Part shown: piece by piece, positions 39,721 to 48,390 of the stretch
Position numbering within the stretch: the first letter of the stretch is position 1
Layout of the letters: every line of letters starts with the position of its first letter
Assembly: GCA_963708235.1 (NCBI GenBank)
Contig: OY970200.1
Span: 3,223,479 to 3,287,478, forward strand
Origin: an uncultured Acidimicrobiia bacterium
Lineage (GTDB): Bacteria > Actinomycetota > Acidimicrobiia > Spongiisociales > UBA5794
Direction: 5' to 3'
DNA length: 64,000 nt
Made by a program: the position numbers and the translations under genes
The notes under the pieces: generated by a model
The model's database searches: none
What the model was told of the DNA's origin: nothing
Seen by the model: the letters and a program-made list of their open reading frames with translations, nothing else

Positions 39721-41034
39721 TCATTTCCGTCCCGGGGGGGACGACTCGTCCGCTCCCTCCCACGGCGACAGCCCCTCTACTGGCGGCGCGTCGTCCTCAC
39801 TCAGCTCCGCCGATTGTTCTGCGAGCGCGACGCTCCACTCGGCTCTGGCCAACAGCTCGTCGAATGTGATGATCTCGGGTTCGGCGAGCTGGCGTCGGTA
39901 GAGCTCAAACGATCGAACCTTGTCGACGTGATCTCCCCCGCCCTCGCCGATCAGCTGCTTGAGGTTGCCTACGACCAGATACGAGCGGGGCCGTACCAAG
40001 TAGGTGAACTGCCCGGGGATCTCGCTGCCGTCGTCTGCGACGGTGGCTATCCGCTCGCCGATGTGGTGCACGGCTCGATGAACGGTGCCGTGAACCTGTG
40101 CGACCGCTCCGGTCAGCTCGGCTGACGGCGCCCAGCACCCGGAGCGGTACTCCCCACCCGCGAGGAGGTCGGTTCGGTGAGTCTTGATCTCAGCGAGGAC
40201 CATGGACCGGATTCGACCAGTCGTCTGGAGGACCGCATCGGACCGCTTGCCGGCACCGGCAATTGAGGAACCGACAATCACCTGCTCGAGCTTCTGTTCG
40301 TCCCAACCGGTCAGGAACAGGGAGCCGAGGCTGTGGCCGAACACCCAGGGGTTCACCTCGAAGAACCGTTGCCACACGCTCTCCGGCCCGGAAGCTTGCC
40401 TAGCCCGCTCATCGAAGTAGGCATCGTCCTCAAGAAGACAGCGGAACTCGGCTACTGCGAGTCGCCGCGCCTGAAGAGCGATGACATCCCTGGCGTTCTC
40501 GTCGCCTTCGATGAGACGTCGGATCCGATTCTCGTCCGATCGGTAGACGCGCTGGAGGGCAGCCGGGTCGGAGAAGAAGTCCCGCAGGACATCATCATCG
40601 ACGTGCACCGTCTGGCCGCCTTCGACGGCGATCGAGTCGATTGACTTGAGGAGGTCGAGCAACTTGCCGACATCCGGCTGCTTGAGGTTGAGCAGGACTT
40701 GGACAGCTCCGCCCTTGCCGGATCCCGGCACGCGCTGGATCCAGAGTTCCTTGACGTTCCCCGGTTCGCGAGCGACCAGTAACTTGACCTGGTAGCGCCC
40801 GGCCGGCGTCGTACGAATGACCCATTCGGATCCATCATCTGATTGCACAACCTTTGACTCAGAATCCGGATCGAACACCTTGTAGATGAAACGCGCGGGA
40901 GTTCCGTCGTCGGCGGAATTGGTCCGCTTGAGATCGAAGGACCGCGACGCGTAGGTGCGGCTGGCGAGTCGACCCTGTGCGTACGTCGTCTCATCCGCAT
41001 CCTCCTTGGAGTCATCCCCCGACTCGGCAGCCAT
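39721..41034 (-). CDS. PD-(D/E)xK-motif nuclease-like protein, candidate Shedu (SduA/DUF4263)-like effector; last gene of the defence operon
   Basis: 437 aa. GKRSDAVLQTTGRIRSMVLAEIKTH gives D-x15-E-x-K, the spacing of a PD-(D/E)xK core. The N-terminal region is variable and charged. The start codon overlaps the hsdR stop (TGATG). The Shedu assignment is from recalled family architecture, not a search. Confidence 0.45.
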   Translation of the reverse strand: MAAESGDDSKEDADETTYAQGRLASRTYASRSFDLKRTNSADDGTPARFIYKVFDPDSESKVVQSDDGSEWVIRTTPAGRYQVKLLVAREPGNVKELWIQRVPGSGKGGAVQVLLNLKQPDVGKLLDLLKSIDSIAVEGGQTVHVDDDVLRDFFSDPAALQRVYRSDENRIRRLIEGDENARDVIALQARRLAVAEFRCLLEDDAYFDERARQASGPESVWQRFFEVNPWVFGHSLGSLFLTGWDEQKLEQVIVGSSIAGAGKRSDAVLQTTGRIRSMVLAEIKTHRTDLLAGGEYRSGCWAPSAELTGAVAQVHGTVHRAVHHIGERIATVADDGSEIPGQFTYLVRPRSYLVVGNLKQLIGEGGGDHVDKVRSFELYRRQLAEPEIITFDELLARAEWSVALAEQSAELSEDDAPPVEGLSPWEGADESSPPGRK

Positions 41035-44000
41035 CAGCTGAGCCCGAGGAAGCGGTCGAAGAAGTCGCCGAGCTTGGCCAGCACGGTTCCCTTCTTGGCG
41101 GCGTGGCCGCCAGCCTGTCCGAAGCGGGAGACCGGCGGGAGGACCTTGGTGATCGCGGTGCCAGCCGATTGGACTGCACCGTCCCGAAAGGCTGCATCTA
41201 CGAAGTCACGGGTGGCCTCCGGGTCAAGGCCCTCCTCGACGATGATGCGGTCGAGCTCTTCGGCGCGCTTCGCCGCGACGAACGCGGTCCACGCCGCGTC
41301 GACCTCGGCGCTGACGGACAGCGACTCCACGAACGCCTGAATGAGGTCCTTCTTGTTGCGGAGCGAGGGGCTCGAGTCGACGGCCCGATCGATGGCAGCG
41401 CGGATCTCCTTGTCCTCGCCGTCACCCCGCGCATCGCGGTAGCGCTCGACGAGCATCAAGATGTAGTCGACGTTGATCTCGACCTGCTTGATCAGCTCGA
41501 TCTCGAAGACGACCTCCTCGTGGATCGGCTCCTTCTCGGCGTCGCGCTCGGTGCGGAACTCCTGGTACAGGTTGAGGTAGACGCTCTGATAGTCCTGCAT
41601 CTCCCGGGGGGTGAGGATCTCGTTGCCGGCGAAGTCGTCGAAGGAACCGAGGATGTTCCGGAGCCGGAGGATGGCGCCGAACAGCGCGATGAATGCCTTC
41701 TGGGCTGCCTCCCCGACGATGCGCTGCCCGAGGGGGAACCCGGCCTGGAGCTCCGCGACCCGCTCGGCGTACTCGTTGTAGTACTCCGCATATGGCTCGA
41801 GGAGCACGATCCCGCGGGCATCCTCGTTGCCGAACAGCGAAATGGCATCGTTGGTCTCCTGCTCCAGGTCCCGGAAGCTGACAATGTTCCCGAACGTCTT
41901 CACAGAGTTGAGGATCCGGTTCGTCCGTGAGTAGGCCTGGACGAGGCCGTGGGCCCGCAGGTTCTTGTCGACCCAGAGCGTGTTGAGCGTCGTGGCGTCG
42001 AATCCGGTGAGGAACATGTTGACGACGATCACGAGGTCGATCTCGCGGCGCTTGATACGCAGCGACAAGTCCTTGTAGTAGTTCTGGAACTTGTCGGCGG
42101 TCGTGTCGAAGCTGGTGCCGAACAGATCGTTGTAGTCCTCGATGGCGTGATCGAGGAACTCTCGGGCGTCGGCGCCGAGGCCCTCGGTCTCGAACTCCTC
42201 CTCGGGCAGCAGGTCGTCCTCGGCCTCATTGGGGGCGAAGCTGTAGATGAGGCCGACCTTCAGGCGTTGGTCCGACGGGAGGTCCCGTTGCTGGAGGGAG
42301 AACTGGTTGTAGTAGCGTCGGGCAGCGTCGATCGACGCGGTGGCCAGAAGGGAGTTGAAGCCCCGCATGCGCTTGCCGGCAACGCTGTAATGCGAGGCGC
42401 GCTTCGTCTTCTGGTCGAAGTGCTCGCAGATATAGGCGACGATCTGCTCGATGCGCTCAGGCGCCAGCAATGCGCTTTCCCTGTCGATCGCACTGACCTG
42501 CTTGTCGGCGATCGACTCGGGCATCTTCACCGTGTTCACATAGTCGATACGGAACGGCAGCACGTTCTTGTCGGTGATGGCATCGACGATCGTGTAGGTG
42601 TGCAGCTTGTCGCCGAACGCCTGCTCAGTCGTCCGTAGCTGCGGGTTGCCCCCGCTCGCCGAGTTGGCGGCGAAGATCGGCGTGCCGGTGAACCCGAAGA
42701 GGTGGTAGCGGCGGAACGCCTTGGTGATCGCGGTGTGCATGTCGCCGAACTGTGATCGGTGGCACTCGTCGAAGATGATCACCACGTGGCCGTCGTAGAT
42801 CGCGTGGCCCTTGTTGGCGGCGATGAAGGTGCTGAGCTTCTGGATCGTGGTGACGATGATCCGGGCTGCCGGGTCCTCCAGCTGCTGCTTGAGGATACGG
42901 GTCGAGGTGTTGGAGGTGGCCGCTCCCTTCTGGAAGCGGTCGTACTCCTGCATGGTCTGGTAGTCGAGGTCCTTGCGGTCAACCACGAACAGCACCTTCT
43001 CGACCCCGGCGAGCTTGCTGGCGAGCTGGGCAGCCTTGAAGCTGGTGAGCGTCTTGCCGGATCCAGTGGTGTGCCAGACGTAACCGCCGCCGGCGACGGT
43101 GCCCCACCGCTTGTAGTTGGAGGCCACCTCGATGCGTCGCAGGATCTGCTCGCTCGCCACGATCTGGTACGGGCGCATCACCAGCAGCATCTGATCGGCG
43201 GTCAGCACGCAGTACCGGGTGAGGATGTTTAGCAGCGTGTGCTTGGCGAAGAACGTCTTGGCGAAGCCGCTCAGGTCCTCAATCGGCTTGTTCGTGGCGT
43301 CGGCCCACCAGCTCGTGAACGCGAAGCTGTTCGACGTCTTGCGCGCCCGCTTGGCGCCCGCCCGCTCACCGAGGTGCTGGGCCCGGACCGTGTTGCTGTA
43401 GTACTTGGTCAACGTGCCGTTGCTGATCACGAATAGCTGCACGTACTCGAACAGCCCCAACCCGGCCCAGAAGCTGTCGCGCTGGTACCGGTCGATCTGA
43501 TTGAACGCCTCGCGGATGTCGACACCGCGGCGCTTGAGCTCGACATGCACCATCGGTAGGCCGTTGACGAGGACGGTGACGTCGTAGCGGTTCGCGTAGT
43601 TGCCCTCGGTCTCGTACTGGTTGATGACTTGGAGCCGGTTGTTGTGGATGTTCGCCTTGTCGATCAGCACGACGTTCTTGGTCGACCCGTCGTCGCGCCG
43701 CAGGAGCTGGACGTGGTCCTCCTGGATGCGGATCGTCTTCTCGACGACGCCGTCTCTGTCTCCGGCAATCCGCTCACGGAAGAACCGCTCCCATTCGGCG
43801 TCTGAGAACGCGATGCCGTTCAGCGCTTCGAGCTGGACGCGCAGGTTGGTGACGAGACCCTCCTCGCTGGTGAGTGTCAGGTAGTCGTAGGCCTGCTCGC
43901 CGAGGATCTCGATCAGGGCGCGCTCTAGGGCGGCCTCCGACTGGTAGCCGCCTTCTTGCGACGGGTCGGCGACGAACTCGGCGACGACGGTGCTCTCGGA

Positions 44001-44045
44001 GCTGACTGCTATCGGCTCGTAACGAGGGACAGCCCCGTCGGTCAC
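41034..44045 (-). CDS. hsdR: type I restriction enzyme R subunit
   Basis: 1003 aa. The N-terminal nuclease region is followed by SF2 helicase motifs (TGSGKTLTSF, DECHR, FGFTGTPI) and the HsdR C-terminal domain. The stop overlaps the downstream start and the start overlaps the hsdS stop. Confidence 0.9.
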   Translation of the reverse strand: MTDGAVPRYEPIAVSSESTVVAEFVADPSQEGGYQSEAALERALIEILGEQAYDYLTLTSEEGLVTNLRVQLEALNGIAFSDAEWERFFRERIAGDRDGVVEKTIRIQEDHVQLLRRDDGSTKNVVLIDKANIHNNRLQVINQYETEGNYANRYDVTVLVNGLPMVHVELKRRGVDIREAFNQIDRYQRDSFWAGLGLFEYVQLFVISNGTLTKYYSNTVRAQHLGERAGAKRARKTSNSFAFTSWWADATNKPIEDLSGFAKTFFAKHTLLNILTRYCVLTADQMLLVMRPYQIVASEQILRRIEVASNYKRWGTVAGGGYVWHTTGSGKTLTSFKAAQLASKLAGVEKVLFVVDRKDLDYQTMQEYDRFQKGAATSNTSTRILKQQLEDPAARIIVTTIQKLSTFIAANKGHAIYDGHVVIIFDECHRSQFGDMHTAITKAFRRYHLFGFTGTPIFAANSASGGNPQLRTTEQAFGDKLHTYTIVDAITDKNVLPFRIDYVNTVKMPESIADKQVSAIDRESALLAPERIEQIVAYICEHFDQKTKRASHYSVAGKRMRGFNSLLATASIDAARRYYNQFSLQQRDLPSDQRLKVGLIYSFAPNEAEDDLLPEEEFETEGLGADAREFLDHAIEDYNDLFGTSFDTTADKFQNYYKDLSLRIKRREIDLVIVVNMFLTGFDATTLNTLWVDKNLRAHGLVQAYSRTNRILNSVKTFGNIVSFRDLEQETNDAISLFGNEDARGIVLLEPYAEYYNEYAERVAELQAGFPLGQRIVGEAAQKAFIALFGAILRLRNILGSFDDFAGNEILTPREMQDYQSVYLNLYQEFRTERDAEKEPIHEEVVFEIELIKQVEINVDYILMLVERYRDARGDGEDKEIRAAIDRAVDSSPSLRNKKDLIQAFVESLSVSAEVDAAWTAFVAAKRAEELDRIIVEEGLDPEATRDFVDAAFRDGAVQSAGTAITKVLPPVSRFGQAGGHAAKKGTVLAKLGDFFDRFLGLS

Positions 44046-45220
44046 CCAGCCTCCTCGAAGGCGAGCAGCCGGTCCCGGTAGTACTCGTACTGAGCCCGCC
44101 GAGCCTTCAGCTCTGCCGGCAGACCAACCGCCGGGTCATTCACCAAGGCGTCGAACTTGTCGAGGGTCGAGACGATTCGCTCCTGCTCGGACATGGACGG
44201 GACCGGAATGCGAACCTGTTTGATGCCGCTCAACGACAGTCGCTTCACCTTGGCCCGGGCGACATATCGACTCTTCTCGATGTGGAATGCAGCAGTCTGG
44301 AGCCAATACGCCACGAACACTGGATTCATCGAGTGTCGGAAGCCGTAGCAGCCATCGTGGATTGCCACTGGCGTTCCTCCGAGCCACGCGGTGGCCTTTC
44401 CGACATCCTCAACGGTCTCCCCGACCTCGGCGATCACGACGTCGCCCGGCTGTGCAAAGCGCAGATTTGGCTCCAGGTCGACGCGCACATGAGTCACGGC
44501 TTCGGTGGTCGAGGTGCCGTACTCGGTGTAGAGCTCTCCGTAGTGGATCGCGGGCAGGCCGTTGGCAACGTAGTCAGCCTTGACGAAGCGACGGCCACGA
44601 TAGATCTCACCCACCTCGCCCAAGGTCATCCACTTGACCTCCCCCCGCTCGTCAGGGAATGTCATCAGCGAGTCGCGGTAGTGCGCGTACTGGCGGCGTC
44701 GGGCTTCCAGCTCCGCATCCAGCTCCGCTTCCAGCTGCCGGAACAAGTCTAAAACTCGGACGATCTCATGCTGGACCTCGATCGGCGGCACGGGGATGCG
44801 GAAGTGGGAGTACGTCGAGATCCACTGTCTGGCGTGATCCTTAGGTGAGTAACGAATCAGCTGCATGGCGTACCAGACGAATCTCATCGTCGTCGGCGCC
44901 CCCGGGCGCAGGGTCAGCATCTTCATGGCTGAGGACTTCGCCTTGAACGGGAAGTAGACCCATTTGAAGGCTGTGGTGAAGTCGTCGAAGATTACAACTG
45001 GGCTGTTCGGCGTGGCCGCGTAGATCCCATCGACCTCGTTGGTGTGGCCCAGGACGAATGTTTGACCCGCCGTCAGCACCGGAGTCGAGTATTCATCGCG
45101 GTAAGCGGTCGAGGTCACGAGGTACTTCGTCGGCTGCTCATAGGCCAGCAGTTCCCCGAGGGTTTGGTACTCGACACCGTTCGGGCAGTGTTGGCGGATG
45201 AGGTCGTCGATGTGGCTCAC
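44042..45220 (-). CDS. hsdS: type I restriction-modification specificity subunit (two target-recognition domains)
   Basis: GTG start overlapping the Mrr stop (GTGA). Two TRDs are separated and followed by conserved coiled-coil repeats (LDLFRQLEAELDAELEARRRQYAHYRDSL; LDKFDALVNDPAVGLPAELKARRAQYEYYRDRLL). The first 191 codons of the track ORF are antisense junk. Confidence 0.85.
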   Translation of the reverse strand: MSHIDDLIRQHCPNGVEYQTLGELLAYEQPTKYLVTSTAYRDEYSTPVLTAGQTFVLGHTNEVDGIYAATPNSPVVIFDDFTTAFKWVYFPFKAKSSAMKMLTLRPGAPTTMRFVWYAMQLIRYSPKDHARQWISTYSHFRIPVPPIEVQHEIVRVLDLFRQLEAELDAELEARRRQYAHYRDSLMTFPDERGEVKWMTLGEVGEIYRGRRFVKADYVANGLPAIHYGELYTEYGTSTTEAVTHVRVDLEPNLRFAQPGDVVIAEVGETVEDVGKATAWLGGTPVAIHDGCYGFRHSMNPVFVAYWLQTAAFHIEKSRYVARAKVKRLSLSGIKQVRIPVPSMSEQERIVSTLDKFDALVNDPAVGLPAELKARRAQYEYYRDRLLAFEEAG

Positions 45221-46125
45221 GTGAAGAAGTCCTCGTCGATCTCGACGACGCGGTAGGTGCGCTCGACCTGGACGCCGACGCCGTACTCGATCATCAGCTC
45301 GGTGAGCCGCTGACCGTCGATAAGGATGACGCGGGTCGGCACCGATCGTGCGTACTCGACGGCGCCCGGACTGAAACGGCTGGTGGTGATGAACACGCCG
45401 CCGTCGGCCTTGCCGCTGAGTGCTCCGACGAAGCCCTGCACTTCCGGCCGCTGCACGTTGTTGGTCGTTGAGTAGCGCTTCGCCTGGACGTAGACCTTGC
45501 CGAGGCCCAGTACGTCCTGGTCGATCACACCGTCGATGCCGCCGTCGTTGTAGTCGGTGGTGACGCCCCGCCCGCCGGCACCGCCGTAGCCCATAGCGAG
45601 GAGCAGCTTGACCACAGCACTCTCGAAGAACGCTGGGTCCTGCTCGACCAGACGCGACAGCAGCTCGGACGCCACCTCTTCGTGAATGCGAGCAACGCCC
45701 TGCTCGACCTGCTCGGTGGGATCGAGGTTGGTGACCGCCGTGTCGAGTGGCTGGGGCTCCTCTCCGCTCGTCGACGACTTGGAGAGCCACCACTCGTCGC
45801 CTTCCTTGGCGATCGCCCTCAGGTCGTTCTCCGTGATACCGCCTTGGTGTTTCAGCAGCAGCTCCCGTCCGAGGTCGGTGATCACGTACTGGCCGCGACT
45901 CGGCCGGTGCAGCGCGTCGACCCGGTTCAGATACGAGGCAGCCCAGCCAATCCGGTTGTCAGCCCGGCTTTGACCGGAGGGCAGAGTGTCCGCTCGCTGA
46001 TCCGCGGTGAGCCCGACGACGTCGGCCACGTCGAGCCGAAGCTGGCGCAGTGCCCGAGTTGCGCCGTCCGTTAGTACGGTCAGGATCGGGACGGTGAACC
46101 CCTCCCAGGTCGGCATGTCGCTCAT
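45217..46125 (-). CDS. mrr: Mrr-like (type IV, modification-dependent) restriction endonuclease: Mrr_N winged helix plus Mrr catalytic domain
   Basis: The N-terminus WEGFTVPILTVLTDG...IGWAASYLNRVDAL is Mrr_N-like. The C-terminal core is GGIDGVIDQD...VYVQAKRY...VFITTSRFS (PD-(D/E)xK of the Mrr_cat family). ATGA overlap with hsdM. Confidence 0.75.
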   Translation of the reverse strand: MSDMPTWEGFTVPILTVLTDGATRALRQLRLDVADVVGLTADQRADTLPSGQSRADNRIGWAASYLNRVDALHRPSRGQYVITDLGRELLLKHQGGITENDLRAIAKEGDEWWLSKSSTSGEEPQPLDTAVTNLDPTEQVEQGVARIHEEVASELLSRLVEQDPAFFESAVVKLLLAMGYGGAGGRGVTTDYNDGGIDGVIDQDVLGLGKVYVQAKRYSTTNNVQRPEVQGFVGALSGKADGGVFITTSRFSPGAVEYARSVPTRVILIDGQRLTELMIEYGVGVQVERTYRVVEIDEDFFT

Positions 46126-47684
46126 CGGTCCGAGCTTTCCAGGTCGGCGACGATCTCGTCGATGGCGGTGCGTAGCTCGTGCTGGCGTTCAACGATTTGG
46201 GCGATCTCGGCGTTGAGCCCGACGATGTCGACCGCGACGCGGATGTCCTGCGCCTCGACGTAGGAGGCGACCGAGAGGTTGTAGTCGTTCGCCGCGATCT
46301 CGGAGTTGTCGACGAGCCGTGCGAAGTGGTCGGCGTCGTCTCGCGCGATGAAGGCGTCGAGGACCGCCTGCTGGTTGTCGTCGGTGAGCTTGTTCTTGTT
46401 GCCACCGCGGACGAACTGTGCGGACGCGTCGATGAAGAGCGTCGTGCTGTCGGCCTTCGACTTCTTGAGGATGATGACGCAGGTGGCGATCGTGGTGCCG
46501 AAGAAGAGGTCGGGCGGGAGCTGGATCACGGTGTCGACGTAGTTGTTGTCGATGAGGTACTTGCGAATCTTCTGTTCAGCGCCGCTGCGGTAGAGCACGC
46601 CGGGGAACTCGACGATCGCCGCTGTTCCGTTGACGGCGAGCCAGCTCAGTATGTGCATGGTGAAGGCCAGGTCGGCCTTGCTCTTCGGGGCAAGCACGCC
46701 GGCGGGGGCATAACGGGGGTCGTTGATGAGCAGCGGGTTGGCGTCGCCCTCCCATTTCGTGGAGTACGGCGGGTTGGAGACGATCGCCTCGAACGGTTCG
46801 TCGTCCCAGTGCGCCGGGTCGGTGAGCGTGTCGCCGTGCGCGATGTCGAACTTCTCGAAGTTGATGTCGTGGAGGAACATGTTGATCCGGCACAGGTTGT
46901 AGGTAGTGAGGTTGATCTCCTGGCCGAAGAAGCCCTGCCGCACGTTGTCGCGACCGAGCACCTTGGCGAACTTGAGCAGCAGCGAGCCGGAGCCGCATGC
47001 CGGGTCGTAGACCTTGTTCACCTCCGTCTTGCCGACCACGGTCATCCGGGCGAGCAGCTCCGACACCTCTTGGGGCGTAAAGAACTCGCCGCCGGACTTT
47101 CCGGCGCCCGAGGCGTACATCGTCATCAGGTACTCGTAGGCGTCGCCGAACGCGTCGATCGTGTTGTCGGCGAAGTCCCCGAGCGAGAGATCCCCGATCG
47201 CGTAGAGCAGCTTCGCGAGCTTCTCATTGCGCTTGGCGACAGTAGGCCCGAGCTTGGAGCTGTTGACGTCAAGGTCGTAGAACAGGCCCTTGAGGTCATC
47301 CTCGCTGTCACTGCCAACCGCCGAGCCCTCGATGTGGTGGAACACCCGCTCGAGGGTCTCATTCAGGTTCTCGTCGCCCTTGGCGCGGCGCCGCACGTTG
47401 ACGAAAAGCTCGCTGGGCAGGATGTAGAAGCCCTTCTCGCTGACGGTTTCGGTCCTGCCGAACTCGGCGTCGTCATCGGCGAGGCTCGCGTAGTCGAAGT
47501 CCGACGTGCCGGCCTTTCGTTCGTGGTCGTTGAGGTAGGCGGCGAGGTTCTCCGAGATGAACCGGTAGAAGAGCATTCCGAGCACGTACTGCTTGAAATC
47601 CCAGCCGTCGACGCTGCCGCGAAGGTCGTTGGCGATCCGCCAGATCGTCTTGTGCAACTCCGCGCGTTGCGCTTCTTTCGTCAT
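46122..47684 (-). CDS. hsdM: type I restriction-modification N6-adenine DNA methyltransferase subunit
   Basis: The start is set at MTKEAQRAELHKTIWRIANDLRG after GAGGTGGGGG. Motif I is YDPACGSGSLLL, motif IV is NPPYS, and the HsdM N-terminal helical domain is present. Confidence 0.9.
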   Translation of the reverse strand: MTKEAQRAELHKTIWRIANDLRGSVDGWDFKQYVLGMLFYRFISENLAAYLNDHERKAGTSDFDYASLADDDAEFGRTETVSEKGFYILPSELFVNVRRRAKGDENLNETLERVFHHIEGSAVGSDSEDDLKGLFYDLDVNSSKLGPTVAKRNEKLAKLLYAIGDLSLGDFADNTIDAFGDAYEYLMTMYASGAGKSGGEFFTPQEVSELLARMTVVGKTEVNKVYDPACGSGSLLLKFAKVLGRDNVRQGFFGQEINLTTYNLCRINMFLHDINFEKFDIAHGDTLTDPAHWDDEPFEAIVSNPPYSTKWEGDANPLLINDPRYAPAGVLAPKSKADLAFTMHILSWLAVNGTAAIVEFPGVLYRSGAEQKIRKYLIDNNYVDTVIQLPPDLFFGTTIATCVIILKKSKADSTTLFIDASAQFVRGGNKNKLTDDNQQAVLDAFIARDDADHFARLVDNSEIAANDYNLSVASYVEAQDIRVAVDIVGLNAEIAQIVERQHELRTAIDEIVADLESSDR

Positions 47685-47802
47685 CCCCCACCTCGTGACG
47701 AGCATCCGAGTCCGGCTGAGGGCAGGGTAGTCCCGGGTGCCGTTGGGCCAGGTGCTACCGAGCTCAAGGACTGAGGAACACGCTCCTTCGGAGCGGGGAG
47801 GC

Positions 47803-48390
47803 TCACTCTGGCCCCGCAGCATGCTGAGCGAAGAACAAGTCGATCTCGAGTGCTCGCAGTTCCGTCAAGTAGGCCTGCACCTGCCTCACCTTCAGGATGG
47901 CATCGTCAAATCCCTTGAGCATCGTCGCCGCATGTTGCTGACGACCGATCCCCGGAAGCGGGATCTCAAGGCTCGCCAACGCGCGGTAGCTGAGCCTGGG
48001 CATCGTCGTTCCCGACGTGTGGCGGTCGACCTGGTCGCGAAACTGAGTTGATTGAGTCCAGACGTAGATCCACGCACCTGCGATCTCGGGTCCGGGCCGA
48101 ATCAGAGCGCATTCGCGTCCGAGGAGTGCACCGGCGTGTTGTGACGTGACCAGAGCAGACCGCCCGATCTTGCTCATCAGGGCCACCACGACATCTCCCT
48201 CCGCCAGAAGGACAGGGTCGCCCGCCGCGAGGTCGGGCTCGACCAGCCGGGGAGCGACAGGCCCGTCAAGGGCGAGTTCAGCGAGTCCGAAGAACGGTAT
48301 CCCATCGTCAGTCTGGGTGGGCTTCGCCGGGACAGTCCCGCGACGGATCTCAGCGACATCCCCGAGGGTTCTACCTAAGATCGTGCTCAC
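47803..48390 (-). CDS. single-TRD (half) HsdS-like specificity protein
   Basis: 195 aa. LGDVAEIRRGTVPAKPTQTDDGIPFFGLAELA... is a TRD start, and the C-terminal conserved helix is LKVRQVQAYLTELRALEIDLF. Only one TRD is present. The GTG start overlaps the upstream methyltransferase stop (GTGA). Confidence 0.65.
   Translation of the reverse strand: MSTILGRTLGDVAEIRRGTVPAKPTQTDDGIPFFGLAELALDGPVAPRLVEPDLAAGDPVLLAEGDVVVALMSKIGRSALVTSQHAGALLGRECALIRPGPEIAGAWIYVWTQSTQFRDQVDRHTSGTTMPRLSYRALASLEIPLPGIGRQQHAATMLKGFDDAILKVRQVQAYLTELRALEIDLFFAQHAAGPE

Noticed and set aside
45221-45793. 191-codon N-terminal extension of the hsdS ORF
   Set aside because: It is Arg/Gly/His-rich junk lying over the Mrr gene in another frame. 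A GTG start overlapping the Mrr stop gives a normal roughly 390-aa two-TRD HsdS.
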